From Ostrea edulis (taxonomy: Eukaryota), in contig NC_079173.1 of the NCBI RefSeq assembly GCF_947568905.1, forward strand, positions 7,874,001 to 7,938,000: a stretch of DNA of 64,000 nt. Reading direction: 5' to 3'. Shown one piece after another: positions 38,725 to 51,977 of this stretch. A program made the translations under genes and the position numbers. The first letter of the stretch is position 1, and each line of letters begins with the position of its first letter. The notes under the pieces are model-generated. The model made no database searches. It was not told the DNA's origin and saw only the letters and a program-made list of their open reading frames with translations.

Positions 38725-39677
38725 TGGCCGAATTTTGAACTTTGAAGCCTGTCCTAGATTTATGTTGTTTTCCAGGGTCTGGGGCCAATAATTGGGCTTC
38801 TGTCATTTTCTCATTCTCATTGATATTGCTATGCCATACACTGTTGACAAAGTCGGTGTAGCTCATTGTCGTTGTACATTATTGGTGTTTATATTTGTCA
38901 TTGATTCACCTTGTATACTCATTTGCCATAACTCGTGGCACCGTTGTTATTGTCAAGAATTTTCTCTCTATATATAAAGCCATGACAAAAACTGCCAAAT
39001 CAGTCTTGGAGTTGATGTGTCGTCATAATCAGAGTTAACCCCTTAGAGTTCACTCATTTTATGCCGACCAGCAACTCATCATCAACATTTACAAAGAAAG
39101 ATAACTCTCATGTAATGAGAGTGACATGCACGTTTTCAGTACATGTTTATAAGAGCATGCGTAATGAGGAAGCTTCCTTTTCCAACTTGTAGCTGCTGCG
39201 ATTAAGACCCATCCCACACAACCCGTTTCTGATATATTTCGGATATTTCTGTTTTTGTTACAATTTTTATTTCAGGTATTGGTCGATCCTTGGAAACATA
39301 CCGATACATAATAGACGTCGTGGCTTTATACAGATGTGTATTCTGATGGAACCGTTGGTTTCCTCACTGACTTGGCCGAATTTTGAACTTTGAAGCCTGT
39401 CCTAGATTTTTGTTGTTTTCCAGGGTCTGGGGCCAATAATTGGGCTTCTGTCATTTTCTCATTTTCAGTGATATTGCTATGCCATACACTGTTGACAAAG
39501 TCGGTGTAGCTCATTGTCGTTGTACATTATTGGTGTTTATATTTGTCATTGATTCACCTTGTATACTCATTTGCCATAACTCGTGGCACCGTTGTTATTG
39601 TCAAGAATTTTCTCTCTATATATAAAGCCATGACAAAAACTGCCAAATCAGTCTTGGAGTTGATGTGTTGTCATAAT
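38725..39677 (+). repeat. 305-bp direct repeats at 38725-39029 and 39373-39677
   Basis: Near-identical blocks TGGCCGAATTTTGAAC...GATGTGT.GTCATAAT, 648 bp apart, immediately downstream of the SGNH ORF. Confidence 0.9.
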
Positions 39678-40098
39678 TCAATGACAGAAATTTCATTGGT
39701 TTTGTTTTTCTCATTACCCCCTTTATCAGAAAAAGCCAATTTGTTATTTCACAAATAGGATATGGTAATCCAGTCTGAGAATCGATTCTTTCTTTTGTTT
39801 AAAAAAAATGGTTTGTTTGGCATCTGTTTAAGCTTGATTAATATATATACGAGGTACGCAAGGCTCCTGGGTTACTTTGTTAATGTATATCCGTATTTGC
39901 ACAAGATAAAAGGTCCTGTTCGAAAAATGGATTTTCTAGACTCTTTGGCTCTTGTTACATCAGTTGACCAATGACGTTCCTAGAACGCATTCACTGAATT
40001 ATATTCTCATTTATAAAATTGTGTACATTAATTTTTTACTGTCGACAGTACTTCAGTTCTGATCATAAAGATCTAGGTCACTGCACGTTAAGGAATAA

Positions 40099-41385
40099 AT
40101 GCTATTAATAATGATGAATGCAAAATGTTTTCGAATTTATATTTTATCAATATCAATTCTATGTCTTGATGTGAAAATTACAACCTCATCTGATATCGAT
40201 GACCTGGTGGATTTTTACAATTCCTTGAAGACTAATTACGTGCCGTATATCAGGCCGGTACATAATCAGAGTCTTCCGATCACGGTCTCTATACATCTGG
40301 TTCTTCACTCTGTCGTTTCTTACGAAGAGAGAACTGGAACGCTCTCATCTCTAGTGATAATGAACATGTTTTGGACGGATAACGTACTGAAGACAAACTT
40401 CCCAAGGAAATTTGACACGGACATCCCGATCCCGATCTCTTTGGTGTGGAGTCCCACTATTCAGGTATACAATACAGTCACAGAGGATACAACAGTAAAA
40501 ACTGGGGACACCGACTTTAAAAAAATCCATTTGTACCCTAATGGAACTATGCTTTATTCCGTGATGGGTCTCACTACCACTAAATGCGAAGCTAACATTT
40601 TCTATTATCCAATGGATCGACAAAGATGCGAGATCCTCTTTTTAGGTGACGAACCATCCCAAAAAGTTGCAATAAAATCCCTATTTCTGGAGTCCCCGGA
40701 TTTGGACATTACAACCGCTCTAATGAAAAACGAAGAGTGGGAAATAGAAAACGTGACTTTAACAGACCACGTGTTTTATTTTTACCCAGGCATGATATTC
40801 TCTTTCAGTATTTCCAGACGACCTTCGTATCTCATGACTAACTTCGTCGTTCCACTTGCCTATCTTTGTTTACTGAATTTATTTGTGTTTCTTTTGCCGG
40901 AATCATCAGGGGAGAGAGTTTCGTATGCAGTCACAATACTTCTATGTCTAATTCTCTACCTGAACATGATTGCCGACCGTTTACCGAGTTCTGTTCCGAT
41001 CAGTTTGCTCAACATCTATATTGTCATTCAGTTCAACAGCAGCTGTTTTGTGGTGTTGATGACCATTCTTACACTGTGGATGTACAACAAACAGCAGGAT
41101 AATCAGCCCGTCACCAAGTTTTGGCAAGCGTTCATGCGTTTTGTAGACCCTAAGTGCTGGAGGAGAAGCCAGATGAACTTCCAAGCCGAAAAGACAGACG
41201 CTGAAGAGAAGGCTGACAAAATAGTGGAAAGTTACAGGATCCGAACAGAATCTGAGAAGGAGTCGAATGTCACGTGGTTTAAGGTGTCGCGATCAGCCAA
41301 TCGGTGTCTTTTTTGTATAATGTCTGTTTGCTTTAGCATTCAGGTACTTGTGTTTTTGGTTTTATTAATTGTTCAATATAATTAA
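40099..41385 (+). CDS. Intronless non-alpha nAChR-like Cys-loop channel subunit (paralog A1)
   Basis: 428-aa ORF with signal peptide, WSP, Cys-loop CEANIFYYPMDRQRC (C-x13-C), RRP-M1, PESSGER-M2, M3, short loop and M4. Confidence 0.92.
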   Translation: MLLIMMNAKCFRIYILSISILCLDVKITTSSDIDDLVDFYNSLKTNYVPYIRPVHNQSLPITVSIHLVLHSVVSYEERTGTLSSLVIMNMFWTDNVLKTNFPRKFDTDIPIPISLVWSPTIQVYNTVTEDTTVKTGDTDFKKIHLYPNGTMLYSVMGLTTTKCEANIFYYPMDRQRCEILFLGDEPSQKVAIKSLFLESPDLDITTALMKNEEWEIENVTLTDHVFYFYPGMIFSFSISRRPSYLMTNFVVPLAYLCLLNLFVFLLPESSGERVSYAVTILLCLILYLNMIADRLPSSVPISLLNIYIVIQFNSSCFVVLMTILTLWMYNKQQDNQPVTKFWQAFMRFVDPKCWRRSQMNFQAEKTDAEEKADKIVESYRIRTESEKESNVTWFKVSRSANRCLFCIMSVCFSIQVLVFLVLLIVQYN

Positions 41386-43170
41386 TATATATTAAGAGAT
41401 GTATACTCTGAACACTAATTAGTGTCTTGATACTATTCTTGTGAATGATAACATTTTATTGTAATCTAGTTTTGATACTTTGCGTGTCCATATTCTAGTC
41501 TGTTCGTGTTCGCCATTTCTGACACAATGTTAACTATGGTATCCATTTCTGGACCTTTCCCAGTACCTTTTGTATCAACCCAATCTTAATCGACTTAAGT
41601 TTTCATTTAATGGAGTTTCCTCTTTAACATATTTTATTGTATGATAATGTACCAATAAAAATGGTTTAGACAAAATTTCTTGTGACTTATAAAGTCAAAT
41701 TTCACATATGCTTTTACATATTCCATTATCGCCTGCATATGGTGTTTATATATCTCAACTGATTCGATATGCAAGAGCTTGTTCTGCGTGTAGTCAGATT
41801 TTTAATCGAGGTAAGCTACTCACAAACAAGTTGATGGTACAGGGATTTCAACAGTCTCGATTGAAGTCAGTATTTCGCAAATTCTATGGTCGTTATAACG
41901 ATATAGTTCGTCAATACAATCTATCATTGGGTCAAATGCTGTCTGACGTGTTTCATACCGATTGTTAAGCCGTTCTTGGCACATCGATTTTGACTACGGA
42001 TAACTCCGTTTACCTGAACAAGATATAGGGCTCACGGCGGGTGCAACCGGTCGACAGGGGATGCTTACTCCTCCTAGGAACCTGATCCCATATCTGGTGT
42101 GTCCAGGGGTCCGTGTTTGCCCAACTCTCTATTTTGTATTGCTTATAGGAGTTATGAGATTGCTCACTGTTCGTTATCTTCACCTTTCATGCTTACTATA
42201 AGGTTTTTTTGTAGTATCAATTTGGACATTATTATAGGAATAGATGTATGTATGTTTTTATCAAGCTACATAACTTATACCCTTTATTCAAATTAAAGAA
42301 TATAACTCAATAGAATTAAAAAGTAACAATATTAATTTCATATTTATATTCTCTCTGAGTCGGATAATAAACGCATCATTTATGAAAGTAAACACAAATA
42401 AGTCGGTGCGAAAGTTTGAAAGGTGAAGATACCTCCGTTTACCTGATAAAGATATTGGGCTCGGCGCGGGTGTGACCGACAGACAGGGGATGCTTACACC
42501 TCCTAGGCACCTGTTACCACCTCTGGTATATCCAGGGATTCGTGTTTGCCCAAATCTCTATTTTGTATTGCTTATTGGAGTTACGAGATTGATCACTGTT
42601 CGATATGTTAACCTTTCTCAACTGATTCGAAACACAAGATCTTGTTCTGAGTATGATGAGTTTTAAATTGAGGCAGACTACTGACAGAACGTTGATGTTA
42701 CAAAGGCTTCAACAGTCTTGTTTAAGGTAAACGTTTCGAAAATTCTAGGGTTGTTATAACGATCTTGTTTTAAATACAATCTGCCATTAGGTCGAATGCG
42801 CTCTGACGTGTTTCAGACCAATTTTTAAGTCGTTGTTTACATTCTAATCTTGACTACTGTTTACTCCATTTATATGATCAAGATCAGTGTTTGCCTTTAT
42901 CTTAATCTAGTATTTTTATAGGAGTTATGAGATTGATCACTGCTCGTTACCTTTACGTTTTCATACCTCTCCTTCCCTATGAGATATTCTTGCGTTGAAG
43001 AGATATATATATATTTAATTGCTATTGAAATTCATTTCAAAATTAAGGATTATCTCCCTCATGCATACTCTTATCCTTGGACAAATTTGGCTCCAGTTTT
43101 TGACACTCTAGGTTACCTTTTAGCTCTTTCAAGTTGATTTTTATTTCGAATTTCCAAAATGTCGGCTTGA

Positions 43171-43214
43171 GCATCACTGAAGAGACATTATTTGTCGAAA
43201 TGCGCATCTGGTGC
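43171..43214 (+). ncRNA. Type I minimal hammerhead ribozyme, intact copy (within partial monomer ~43010-43250)
   Basis: Stem I GCAUCA/UGGUGC, core CUGAAGA, stem II GACA-UUAUU-UGUC, GAA, palindromic stem III AUGCGCAU, cleavage after AUC. Confidence 0.85.
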
Positions 43215-44383
43215 ATCACAATTGGTACCATATAAGGTTTACATTTACATGCAGAACAATACGAAAATGAAAATGAATTTGTATCTAGTCTCGACAGTTT
43301 CCGATATTTCACAAAATGCAATAGAACTAGTTTCGATATAATATTTCAAACTCCTGTTATTAACATTGAATATTATGAATCACAACTCCATTTATCTGAG
43401 CGTTATATCCAATGAAAGTGTCTACAATTTGTAAAATTTTAAGAGTCAAAGAGGTTCGCACCTAAGATTTGGAGTAATGTAAATGTTTTGGGAAGTGTAT
43501 TTTTGATTTCTACATCGAAGGAAAATTAGGAAATTAAAAAGAAAAACTGGGGTTGCAATACTTGTTATTGAGCTACAATTTTCTAAACATGACCTTTTTG
43601 CACTTAAAAAATTATTCAATTAAACTTGATTTGTCTGTTGGTGTCAACACAACATAAGCAACACAAATCAATCATTACATAAAATAGATACATAATTATG
43701 TCTTCTAATAATAAAGATAAAAAAGTTGAATACAAGTAATGAAAATAAATAATGACGTTTTCCCACTTGATATCCGAAAAATCATGACATATCAAATTTG
43801 AGAGTTTAAAAGCACATGCTAGGAGTAATTTCAATTTCTAAAAGTTCACATAATTTTAAAGGTATAGTCTTCAAATGAAAAAATGGAATTTAAAAAGTGG
43901 GGATGAAACATCAAATTTTTAAATTATTGGTACAAATACTGAATTTTTAATACAAGATATCGAAAAAATTAATTTAAACGCTTTTAAGAATAGGTGTTCT
44001 CTTTGGAAAAATATATCAACCAAATTAATAAATTACAGCATTTGAACTATTTCCAAGTCTGAACTACGTATCTCATAAATTATAAAACTAAAATAAACGC
44101 ATAAGAGTATGAAAATAGAAGATATATTAGATGAAACAGAAACAGTAATATCATGCAGATTTAGAACGTTTGATTAATCAATCCTTTCGTATCCTGCGCA
44201 GTTGTGCTCAAACGGTCAGGAGCTAACTTCCTTAGGAGATAATTACAGAGAATTCAAACAAATTCGAAATCGTACAATCTGTAGTTTTGTTTGTTTTATG
44301 ATTTATGTAGGAATACAACGCCACCAGAATACTATGTATTCAGAAGTCAAACTTTTAAATTTAATCCCGAGTACGTATTCGAA

Positions 44384-45685
44384 TTAAAGAAAACGAACCA
44401 CTATTAACAGGATAAAGACAAGAATCTGAATGCACAAGAAAACAAAAGTAATTCTAAACAGAAATCGATTGGTTGATTGTGTCACATCAGTCCACGTGAC
44501 AATGGCCTCTTTCTCGGGTACTACTGAAATATTGTCACCAGTGATTACGCCATCTATCTCCTTGAGTTCGAAGTCATTCTCTGATTGGGGACTTTTTTGT
44601 CGTACTTTACGATCCGGTTTCCGGGAACATACACAATGCGTGATCCACATAAATGTTTGCCAACACCTTGGTACAGGCTGGTCTCCTGGCTGTTTAATGT
44701 ACATCCAGACAGTTAAGATGGTCATTAAAACGACGAAGCAGCTAGTGTTGTACTGAATGATGATATTTATGTTGATAAGGCTGACCGGTACAGTATTCGG
44801 TAGGCGATCAGCTATCATGTTCAGATATAGAGTTAAAGTCAACAGCATGGTGACTGAGTATGATATTCGCTCTCCTGAAGACTCCGGAAGAAGAAACACA
44901 AGGAGATTCAGAATGCACAGATACACCAGAGGAGCCACAAAATTCATCAAGAGATACATAGGACGTCTGCTAATATTGAAGGAAAGTGTAATGGTTGGAT
45001 ATGTATAGTACATTCCTGTTTTGCTCATTACGTGTTTTATATCCCATTCATCGTTTTCGATCAGAGCAGATGACCTGGCAGTGAATGTTTGGGAAGACGC
45101 CTGTATCATAACATTTTCGAATGATTCAGCACTCATGAAAATTATTTCGCATTTTTGTTCATCCATTGGGTAATACAACATATTTGCTTTGCACTTTGTT
45201 ATAGTCAAACCCATAACGGTCCATTCCATTGTTCCGTTAGGAGTAAGAAAAACTGTTTGAAATTTGCTGTCACTGGTCTTTATACCCGTGTCCTCTGTAA
45301 CAGTATTGTAGATACGCAGATCAGGGCTCCACACTAGAGAGGTGGGAATAGGGATATCGGTAACAACATCTTCTGAGAAGTTTGTCTTCACCAATTCGTC
45401 ATTCCATCGTTTGTGTAGAATAACCAGAGATGAAAGGGTCCCAGTTGTTTCTTCATATGAAACGACGGAGTGAAGTGCAATGTCTATGGAAACTGTAACC
45501 GGAAGATTCTGGTTCTTCACAGGTCTTATAAATGGCACGTGATCACTCATCAAGGATTTGTAAAATCCCATGAGATTGTCTACATCAATGGATGTTGAAA
45601 GTGGCACACAAATGAAAACAATATATATTAGTATATTGAGTTTTTGAAAACGCATCGTATGACTCATTATAGCTAAAATGGACAA
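44384..45685 (-). CDS. Intronless non-alpha nAChR-like subunit (paralog B)
   Basis: 433-aa ORF, Cys-loop CKANMLYYPMDEQKC, PESSGERISY, four TM segments. Confidence 0.92.
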   Translation of the reverse strand: MSILAIMSHTMRFQKLNILIYIVFICVPLSTSIDVDNLMGFYKSLMSDHVPFIRPVKNQNLPVTVSIDIALHSVVSYEETTGTLSSLVILHKRWNDELVKTNFSEDVVTDIPIPTSLVWSPDLRIYNTVTEDTGIKTSDSKFQTVFLTPNGTMEWTVMGLTITKCKANMLYYPMDEQKCEIIFMSAESFENVMIQASSQTFTARSSALIENDEWDIKHVMSKTGMYYTYPTITLSFNISRRPMYLLMNFVAPLVYLCILNLLVFLLPESSGERISYSVTMLLTLTLYLNMIADRLPNTVPVSLININIIIQYNTSCFVVLMTILTVWMYIKQPGDQPVPRCWQTFMWITHCVCSRKPDRKVRQKSPQSENDFELKEIDGVITGDNISVVPEKEAIVTWTDVTQSTNRFLFRITFVFLCIQILVFILLIVVRFL

Positions 45686-47396
45686 CAGTTCTTATAAAAA
45701 TCCAAAGAAAAAGTCAGAATGACATGCAGAGGTAGATATGCAAAATAAATGTGTCACTGGAAACCTTTCTCTAAACGTGTACCTCTGAAAACATCAATTG
45801 TGCATACATTATTGGGTTAAAAGTATTTAAACAGACAGTTCATTTCCTGTTTTTAAGAGAAATGCATTAAAATCATTAATACCTAGTGATTTAAATCGAA
45901 ATAACTTCGAAACATGATGAGTAAAAGAATAGGTTGGCTAGTATAACGATTGTTCTTCAGTTAATGGATATGCTTAAGTTTGTACATTTTGAATCCAACA
46001 CTCCTGATAAATGCCTGACAACCAAATCCATAGATAGGAGAGATTTGTCAAACATGCATTACCTCTATTGCATTAACGTATAATCACATTGTATTCGATT
46101 GTAGAGAAATATTTCGATACAACAGAGATCCACAAGGAAGAATAGACCCGCGATGTGTCAGACTGTATTCTGTATGTACTGTCTAATTCATTGTAGTGTA
46201 AACACTGCATCATTAAAATAATTCAATATTTCATTGGAAAGAGGGGTGGTAAAGGAACCCAGCATACAGTTTGGTTGCTGATATCATGTTTTTGCTCTTG
46301 CAACTAATAAAAATACCGCTATACAAGTTTTATATACTGAAAAATACAATTTTGTTAAATGCTACTTGTACGACGTTTGAATTAATTAAGATTCGAGCAG
46401 TAGAGCGAGCGCGTGTTCAAGGCTTGCGGAATTTTATAAAACACAAATTCTCTTTAAATCACAGCATACTAGTATCATATTCAATAAGATGAAAGGTGGA
46501 GATAACGAACAGTGATTAATCCCACCAATTCCATAGGCAAAACAAAATAGATAGCTGACACGGACCCCTGGACCAACCAGAGGTGGGTTCAGGGTGCCCA
46601 AAAGGAGCAAGCATCCCCTGTCGAGACCGGTCACACCCGCCGTAAGCTGTATATCCCAATCATGTAAACGGAGTTATCCGCAGCCAAAGCCAGCGGACAC
46701 GAACGGCCTAACAATCGGTATCAAACATGTCAGACAACATTTGACCCAATGGTAGGTTGTATTGGCAAACTAAATCGTTATAACGACCATAGAATTTGCG
46801 AAATGCTGATTTTAAACGATACAGGTGAAACCCCTGTACCATCAACTTGTTTGTCAGTAGATTGCCTCGATTTAAAAACTGATCACACGCAGAACAAGCT
46901 CTTGCGAATCGAATTAGTTGAGAGGTATAAACACCATATGCAGGTAATAATGGAATATTGCTACATAAATATTGGAAGTTGACGATGGAGAAGCTTTGCG
47001 TCTCGTGTGATCTAATGATACGCGCCTGTCAATTCGACGTGATCCAAATCTGTGGATCAAGTTAATGTAGTCATAATGTATATTTATCCCACGACCGGCC
47101 GTTTTTCTTCGATCTTTAGGAAGGTGTATATCACATGTTATCAAAAATGTGGAGATATTCATAATATCATATGTGCGATATCCAACTACTAATATCCCAA
47201 CGTTTCACAAAGGAGATAGAAGCCATGCAAATGAGACAAAGACAAGATTCAAAATTTAATCAAGATAGAATTTACAGAATTCTCTCACAAGTCTAAAAGA
47301 ATATTTAAAAAAGTAATAAAATCACGATTTCCATAGCGTTGAATAAATCACGTGAAGCAAATTGAAACTTATTATTAGTGGATGCAAAAATAACTA

Positions 47397-48229
47397 CAGT
47401 AAAACTCCAATATAGCGAACATGGATATAACGAAATTACGGCTATAGCGAAGTGAAAACGATTTCCCCGGCAAATTCTTTATATATTCTATATAAAAATC
47501 TGCGTCTATAACGAACACGGATATAGTGAATTTACGGATATAACGAAGTAAATTCCTATTCCCCTTGAATTAAAAATGAACGTAAAAATCACCTTTTATA
47601 ACGAATTTATTTTTTTCATTTTAAACTCTTTGTGATTTTTAACAATCGTTTTCCATTGACATAAAGGATCCACAATTATTACAAAAGTTTTGTTTGTATT
47701 TTTTCAAAAAAGGTTGTTAACGCAAAACAATACTTACACATACGTTTAGGAAATATATTGTCGGTATTGTTTACTATTCTCGTTAATTAAATTTGAAGTT
47801 TGATTGCATTTATTTTATCGTACACTCCTTTATTTGTGTAAAGCAACAAGTAAATGACAATTGCAATAGACTGTACATGTATGTATTGCGCAAAATTTTG
47901 TTGACATTTCTCTCTCGACATGTTCTTGCATGACTTAATAATCCATCAAGATAAATTACATATATCATATATAAATCAATGTGTATATTTCTTGTATAAA
48001 AATATTTCTTCTCGAAAATATATAAGTTTCATTTCACTTAAAGACAATGCAAACGCAAGTATATCGATTGCTGCTTTTTTATGTAACTGGTATACATGTA
48101 GAACAAATCAGTTTTATAACGAATTCGTTATATTTGAATTATGAATTCGCTATAAACGTATAGCGAATTACGCTTATAGCGAATTTTTATAGAGGGTCTC
48201 CAGAAATTCGCTATATCAGAGTTTTGCTG
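47397..48229. mobile_element. Tc1/mariner (pogo/Tigger-like) non-autonomous element
   Basis: TA|CAGTAAAACTCCAATATAGCGAA ... TTCGCTATATCAGAGTTTTGCTG|TA, with repeated TATA(G/A)CGAA subterminal motifs. Confidence 0.8.
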
Positions 48230-50696
48230 TAATATGGAAAGGGGTAAATGACAAGGTCATAGGATAAATTAGTTAGATGATTGACAGCTCGACGAAGTAT
48301 ACAAAATATTGTTTCGTCATTGCACACTTAGACGGCTCCGCCTCCTCGTGTGCAATAACGATATTTTGTATACATCATCTTGTAACTATGACATATCGAG
48401 CTGAGGGCAAGAGCAACAAATTTGTTCCTCTCATGTAGAATCTTTTGAAGAAATTGTATTTCATAAGATTATAAAAATAGAACAGGTAACAAAGGAACAC
48501 AATTCGTACACTTGAATCGCTTGATTTGGCTAAAAGCATTTAGGCAAAACGTCCAGTCTAAATACATTGCTAAATACACGCACGGCGATGATCATTGTTT
48601 TGGTTTCAGTTATGCTCCAATTTATTTGTATGTAGAACATCCTTTGATTTTTACATTAATCATTTTCATGAGTTCTTCCAAAGGGTATATTCGTTTATTT
48701 GCATTTGATATAAGATTTTACCACGCAAAGATCGATTAATAGAATATTAATGTACATTCATCACGTGTATTTTTACTAAAACTTGCCTAAATGCTGGATT
48801 CATTTTATGTTTGGAATAACCTTTCATCTACTGCAGTTAACGATTCTAGATATGTCATACTGAATATGTTTTCAATAATGAATGATTCCAATAAAAGAAG
48901 CAATGATTCTGAAGGGAATATGACCACCGGAGGCAAGTCTCGCCGAAGCGTGTATCAAAGATATATTCTAGCAGATTAAATACAGAACTTCATCCACTAA
49001 TAATTCAATTCATCCCTGATTTTCGCCGTAATTTTAAACAACATTGATGATAGAACTGGTTGTATATTTATCATATGAAAAAGGTGGAAAATACAAACCA
49101 ATATTTAATGATAGTGAGGTGTTTACAATGTAAAGCGATATAATTGACAATCTCATACCATTTTCTTTACAACGGCTATAAATCATTAAATTACCATAAT
49201 TTTAACATATATGATTTCACAATACAGCACGATGACAAATGGGCTCACGGCGGGTGTGACCGGTCAACAGGGGATGATTACTCCTCCTAGGCACCTGATC
49301 CCACCTCTGGTGTGTCCAGGGGTCCGTGTTTGCCCAACTATCTATTTTGTATTGCTTGTAGGAGTTATGAAATTGATCACTGTTCGTTATCTTCACCTTG
49401 CATATTATGTATATCTCGACGTTGCGTAAAATAGAACTAGTTTCGTTAGACGTATCCAGTTCTCGAGGATACCGTTAATTGTCGCCAATTTTGTACTCTC
49501 ATAATCGAAAATGGACCCATTTTACAGGAAGTTGATTGACATGGATTTTATGAGCCGGATATGGACATTGTTCATTCGTATGAAAGGTGAAGATAACGAC
49601 CAGTGATCAAACTCCTATAAGGAATGCAAAGTTGGGTAATCAGGGACCCCTGGACACACCAGAGGTGGGATCAGGTGCCTAGGAGGAGTAAGCATCCCCT
49701 TTCAACCAATGCTTTACAAATGAAACCAAACAATATAATTATTTTTGCATTATTCTGCGGCAAAACTAGTAAAAAGAGTATTAATATTTGTTCTCATATT
49801 GCTGTCTGTTTTCATATTGTTGTTCGATTTCAGTGTTGTGTGGTAAAAAAATATTTTGAGATGGACTGAGCTATATGAGTTGCTAAACCTAGTGTGATGT
49901 ACCGGCTATTCTGAACGCCGAATAAAATATGATTTGAACAAACCTTTATACCCAACCAAGCAAGCGAAGTTTTTTCTTACTTTTTATGACTTAAGCATCA
50001 TATTTTTTTCTTTATGACTTAGTAGTCCTCGGAGATTTTCAAATGGCCATTCATCCATATCTTTACAATTTTCGTTGGTCCCTCAAGAGGAGGAAAGAAC
50101 ATTTGAAAACATTCTTTTTTTTTTTTTTTGCTCTAATTTGGAACCTTTTAGTCAAGATTTGTTTCAGCTCAGATCTGATATTTCACAATAACTGGGTTTT
50201 TTTTGGTGACATTTCAAGTACAGTTCACTTGCATCCAATCTTCTTTCTACGGCAAATCTTTGGGTATATTAACACGTCTGCATAAGAGTAAACGTATCTT
50301 AATATTTTAATATTTCCTGATAACATGAAGTAAAATGTAAAGAACGCTTTTGTGTATTACGGAAGGTTGTATGTGAACATTACTACGTTGCTGTAGCAGA
50401 GAAGGGGAAAGAAATCGTAGGATCGAACCCGAGACCCTTTCGATACTGATTAGGGGATCTAAACAGTAAACACTGAGCTAACTAGGCCGATAAAATAAGT
50501 GTAATTATAATATTATCACAATATAAAATTTAAACACATTTCGGCAATCATACAAGAACTCTGCAGATCGATGAGAAGAAAAGCAGTTTTAGAAAGAAAT
50601 GGGAGACGGGTCGTGGGTAACCTTAATTCATCCCTGCACTGGGGGAATGGAGACTTTGAAAAATGAATGGTGTATAGACCCCAGGTCTATACATGA

Positions 50697-51977
50697 TCAC
50701 AAGATACGATGAATCATAGAAAAGAATAGAACAAGAAACTGAATACATAATATTACAAATGTTATGCGAAACAGAAACCGATTAGTGGAACTTATCACAT
50801 CGCTCCAAGTGACTGTTTCCTCTTTTTGGTGTCCTGGTATATTGTAGTCTTCCATCTGCCTTTCGTCTTGTTGGCGGACGTCTGCCTCCTTTTTAAACCG
50901 GAGATTTATCTTTACTGAATTTGTTTTTCTACAACACTTACGATTTGTTATTTGCATAAACACTAGCCAGAACCTAGGTATAGGCGGATTATTTTGCTGT
51001 TTATTGTGCATCCACAATGTCAGGATGGTCATCAACACCACAAAACAGCTGCTGTTGAACTGACTAACAACAAGTATATTGAGCAGGCTGATTGTCATGG
51101 TATTCGGAAGTCGGTCAGCAATCATGTTCAGATACAAAATCAGAGCCAGAAGCATTGTAACTGCGTACGATATACGCTCGCCTGATGATTCCGGAAGAAG
51201 AAAAACAAAAAGATTCAGTAAACATATATATGCAAGTGGGATCACGAAATTCATCGAGAGATATAAGGGTCGTCTGGATAAATTAAACGACATTGTGATA
51301 GATGGATAATGATGAAACATAATTCCTATTTCATAATGCACATTGCTTGCTTCCCATTCTTCATTTTTGACCAAAGGAGCCGTCGGATCCAATCCAACAT
51401 ACTCAATCAAATACGGTTGTATTACAACATATTTGAGTAGTTCACCCAAGAAGATTATTTTGCATTTTTGCTGATCCATCGGGTAATAAAATACATTGCC
51501 ATCGCATTTTGTTACAGTTAAACCCACATTTGTATATATAATTGTTCCGTTTGGAGACAAGAAGGCATTTTGAATACTAATTTCACCTGTTTTTAACACG
51601 GTGTCCTCTGTAACTGTGTTGTAAATACTAAAAATAGGATTCCATATCAAGGATTTAGAAATGGGAATATCATCGACGAAAGCGGACGAGAAGTTTGCGG
51701 TCACCAATTCATCTGTCCACTTTAAGTGCATGGTGATTAACGATGATAGAGTCCCGGTTCTCTCTTCGTAAGAGACAACAGAATGGAGTAGGAGATCTAC
51801 ATACACAGTAACCGGTTGACTCTGGTTCCTTACCGGCCTAATGTAGGGCTCGTGGTCATTCCTCAAGAAATTGTAAAACAATTTTAGATCGCCAACATCC
51901 ATCGACGATGAAAATTGCACACAATAGAATATATTTGCTGTGAATATAAAAGTCTGTAGACAACTCGTTTCCCTCAT
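50697..51977 (-). CDS. Intronless non-alpha nAChR-like subunit (paralog C1)
   Basis: 426-aa ORF, Cys-loop CDGNVFYYPMDQQKC, PESSGERISY. Confidence 0.92.
   Translation of the reverse strand: MRETSCLQTFIFTANIFYCVQFSSSMDVGDLKLFYNFLRNDHEPYIRPVRNQSQPVTVYVDLLLHSVVSYEERTGTLSSLITMHLKWTDELVTANFSSAFVDDIPISKSLIWNPIFSIYNTVTEDTVLKTGEISIQNAFLSPNGTIIYTNVGLTVTKCDGNVFYYPMDQQKCKIIFLGELLKYVVIQPYLIEYVGLDPTAPLVKNEEWEASNVHYEIGIMFHHYPSITMSFNLSRRPLYLSMNFVIPLAYICLLNLFVFLLPESSGERISYAVTMLLALILYLNMIADRLPNTMTISLLNILVVSQFNSSCFVVLMTILTLWMHNKQQNNPPIPRFWLVFMQITNRKCCRKTNSVKINLRFKKEADVRQQDERQMEDYNIPGHQKEETVTWSDVISSTNRFLFRITFVILCIQFLVLFFSMIHRIL

Noticed and set aside
40351-41184. Overlapping alternative-frame and antisense ORFs within the nAChR-like genes
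   Set aside because: Shadow ORFs without recognisable motifs, repeated only because the genes are paralogs.
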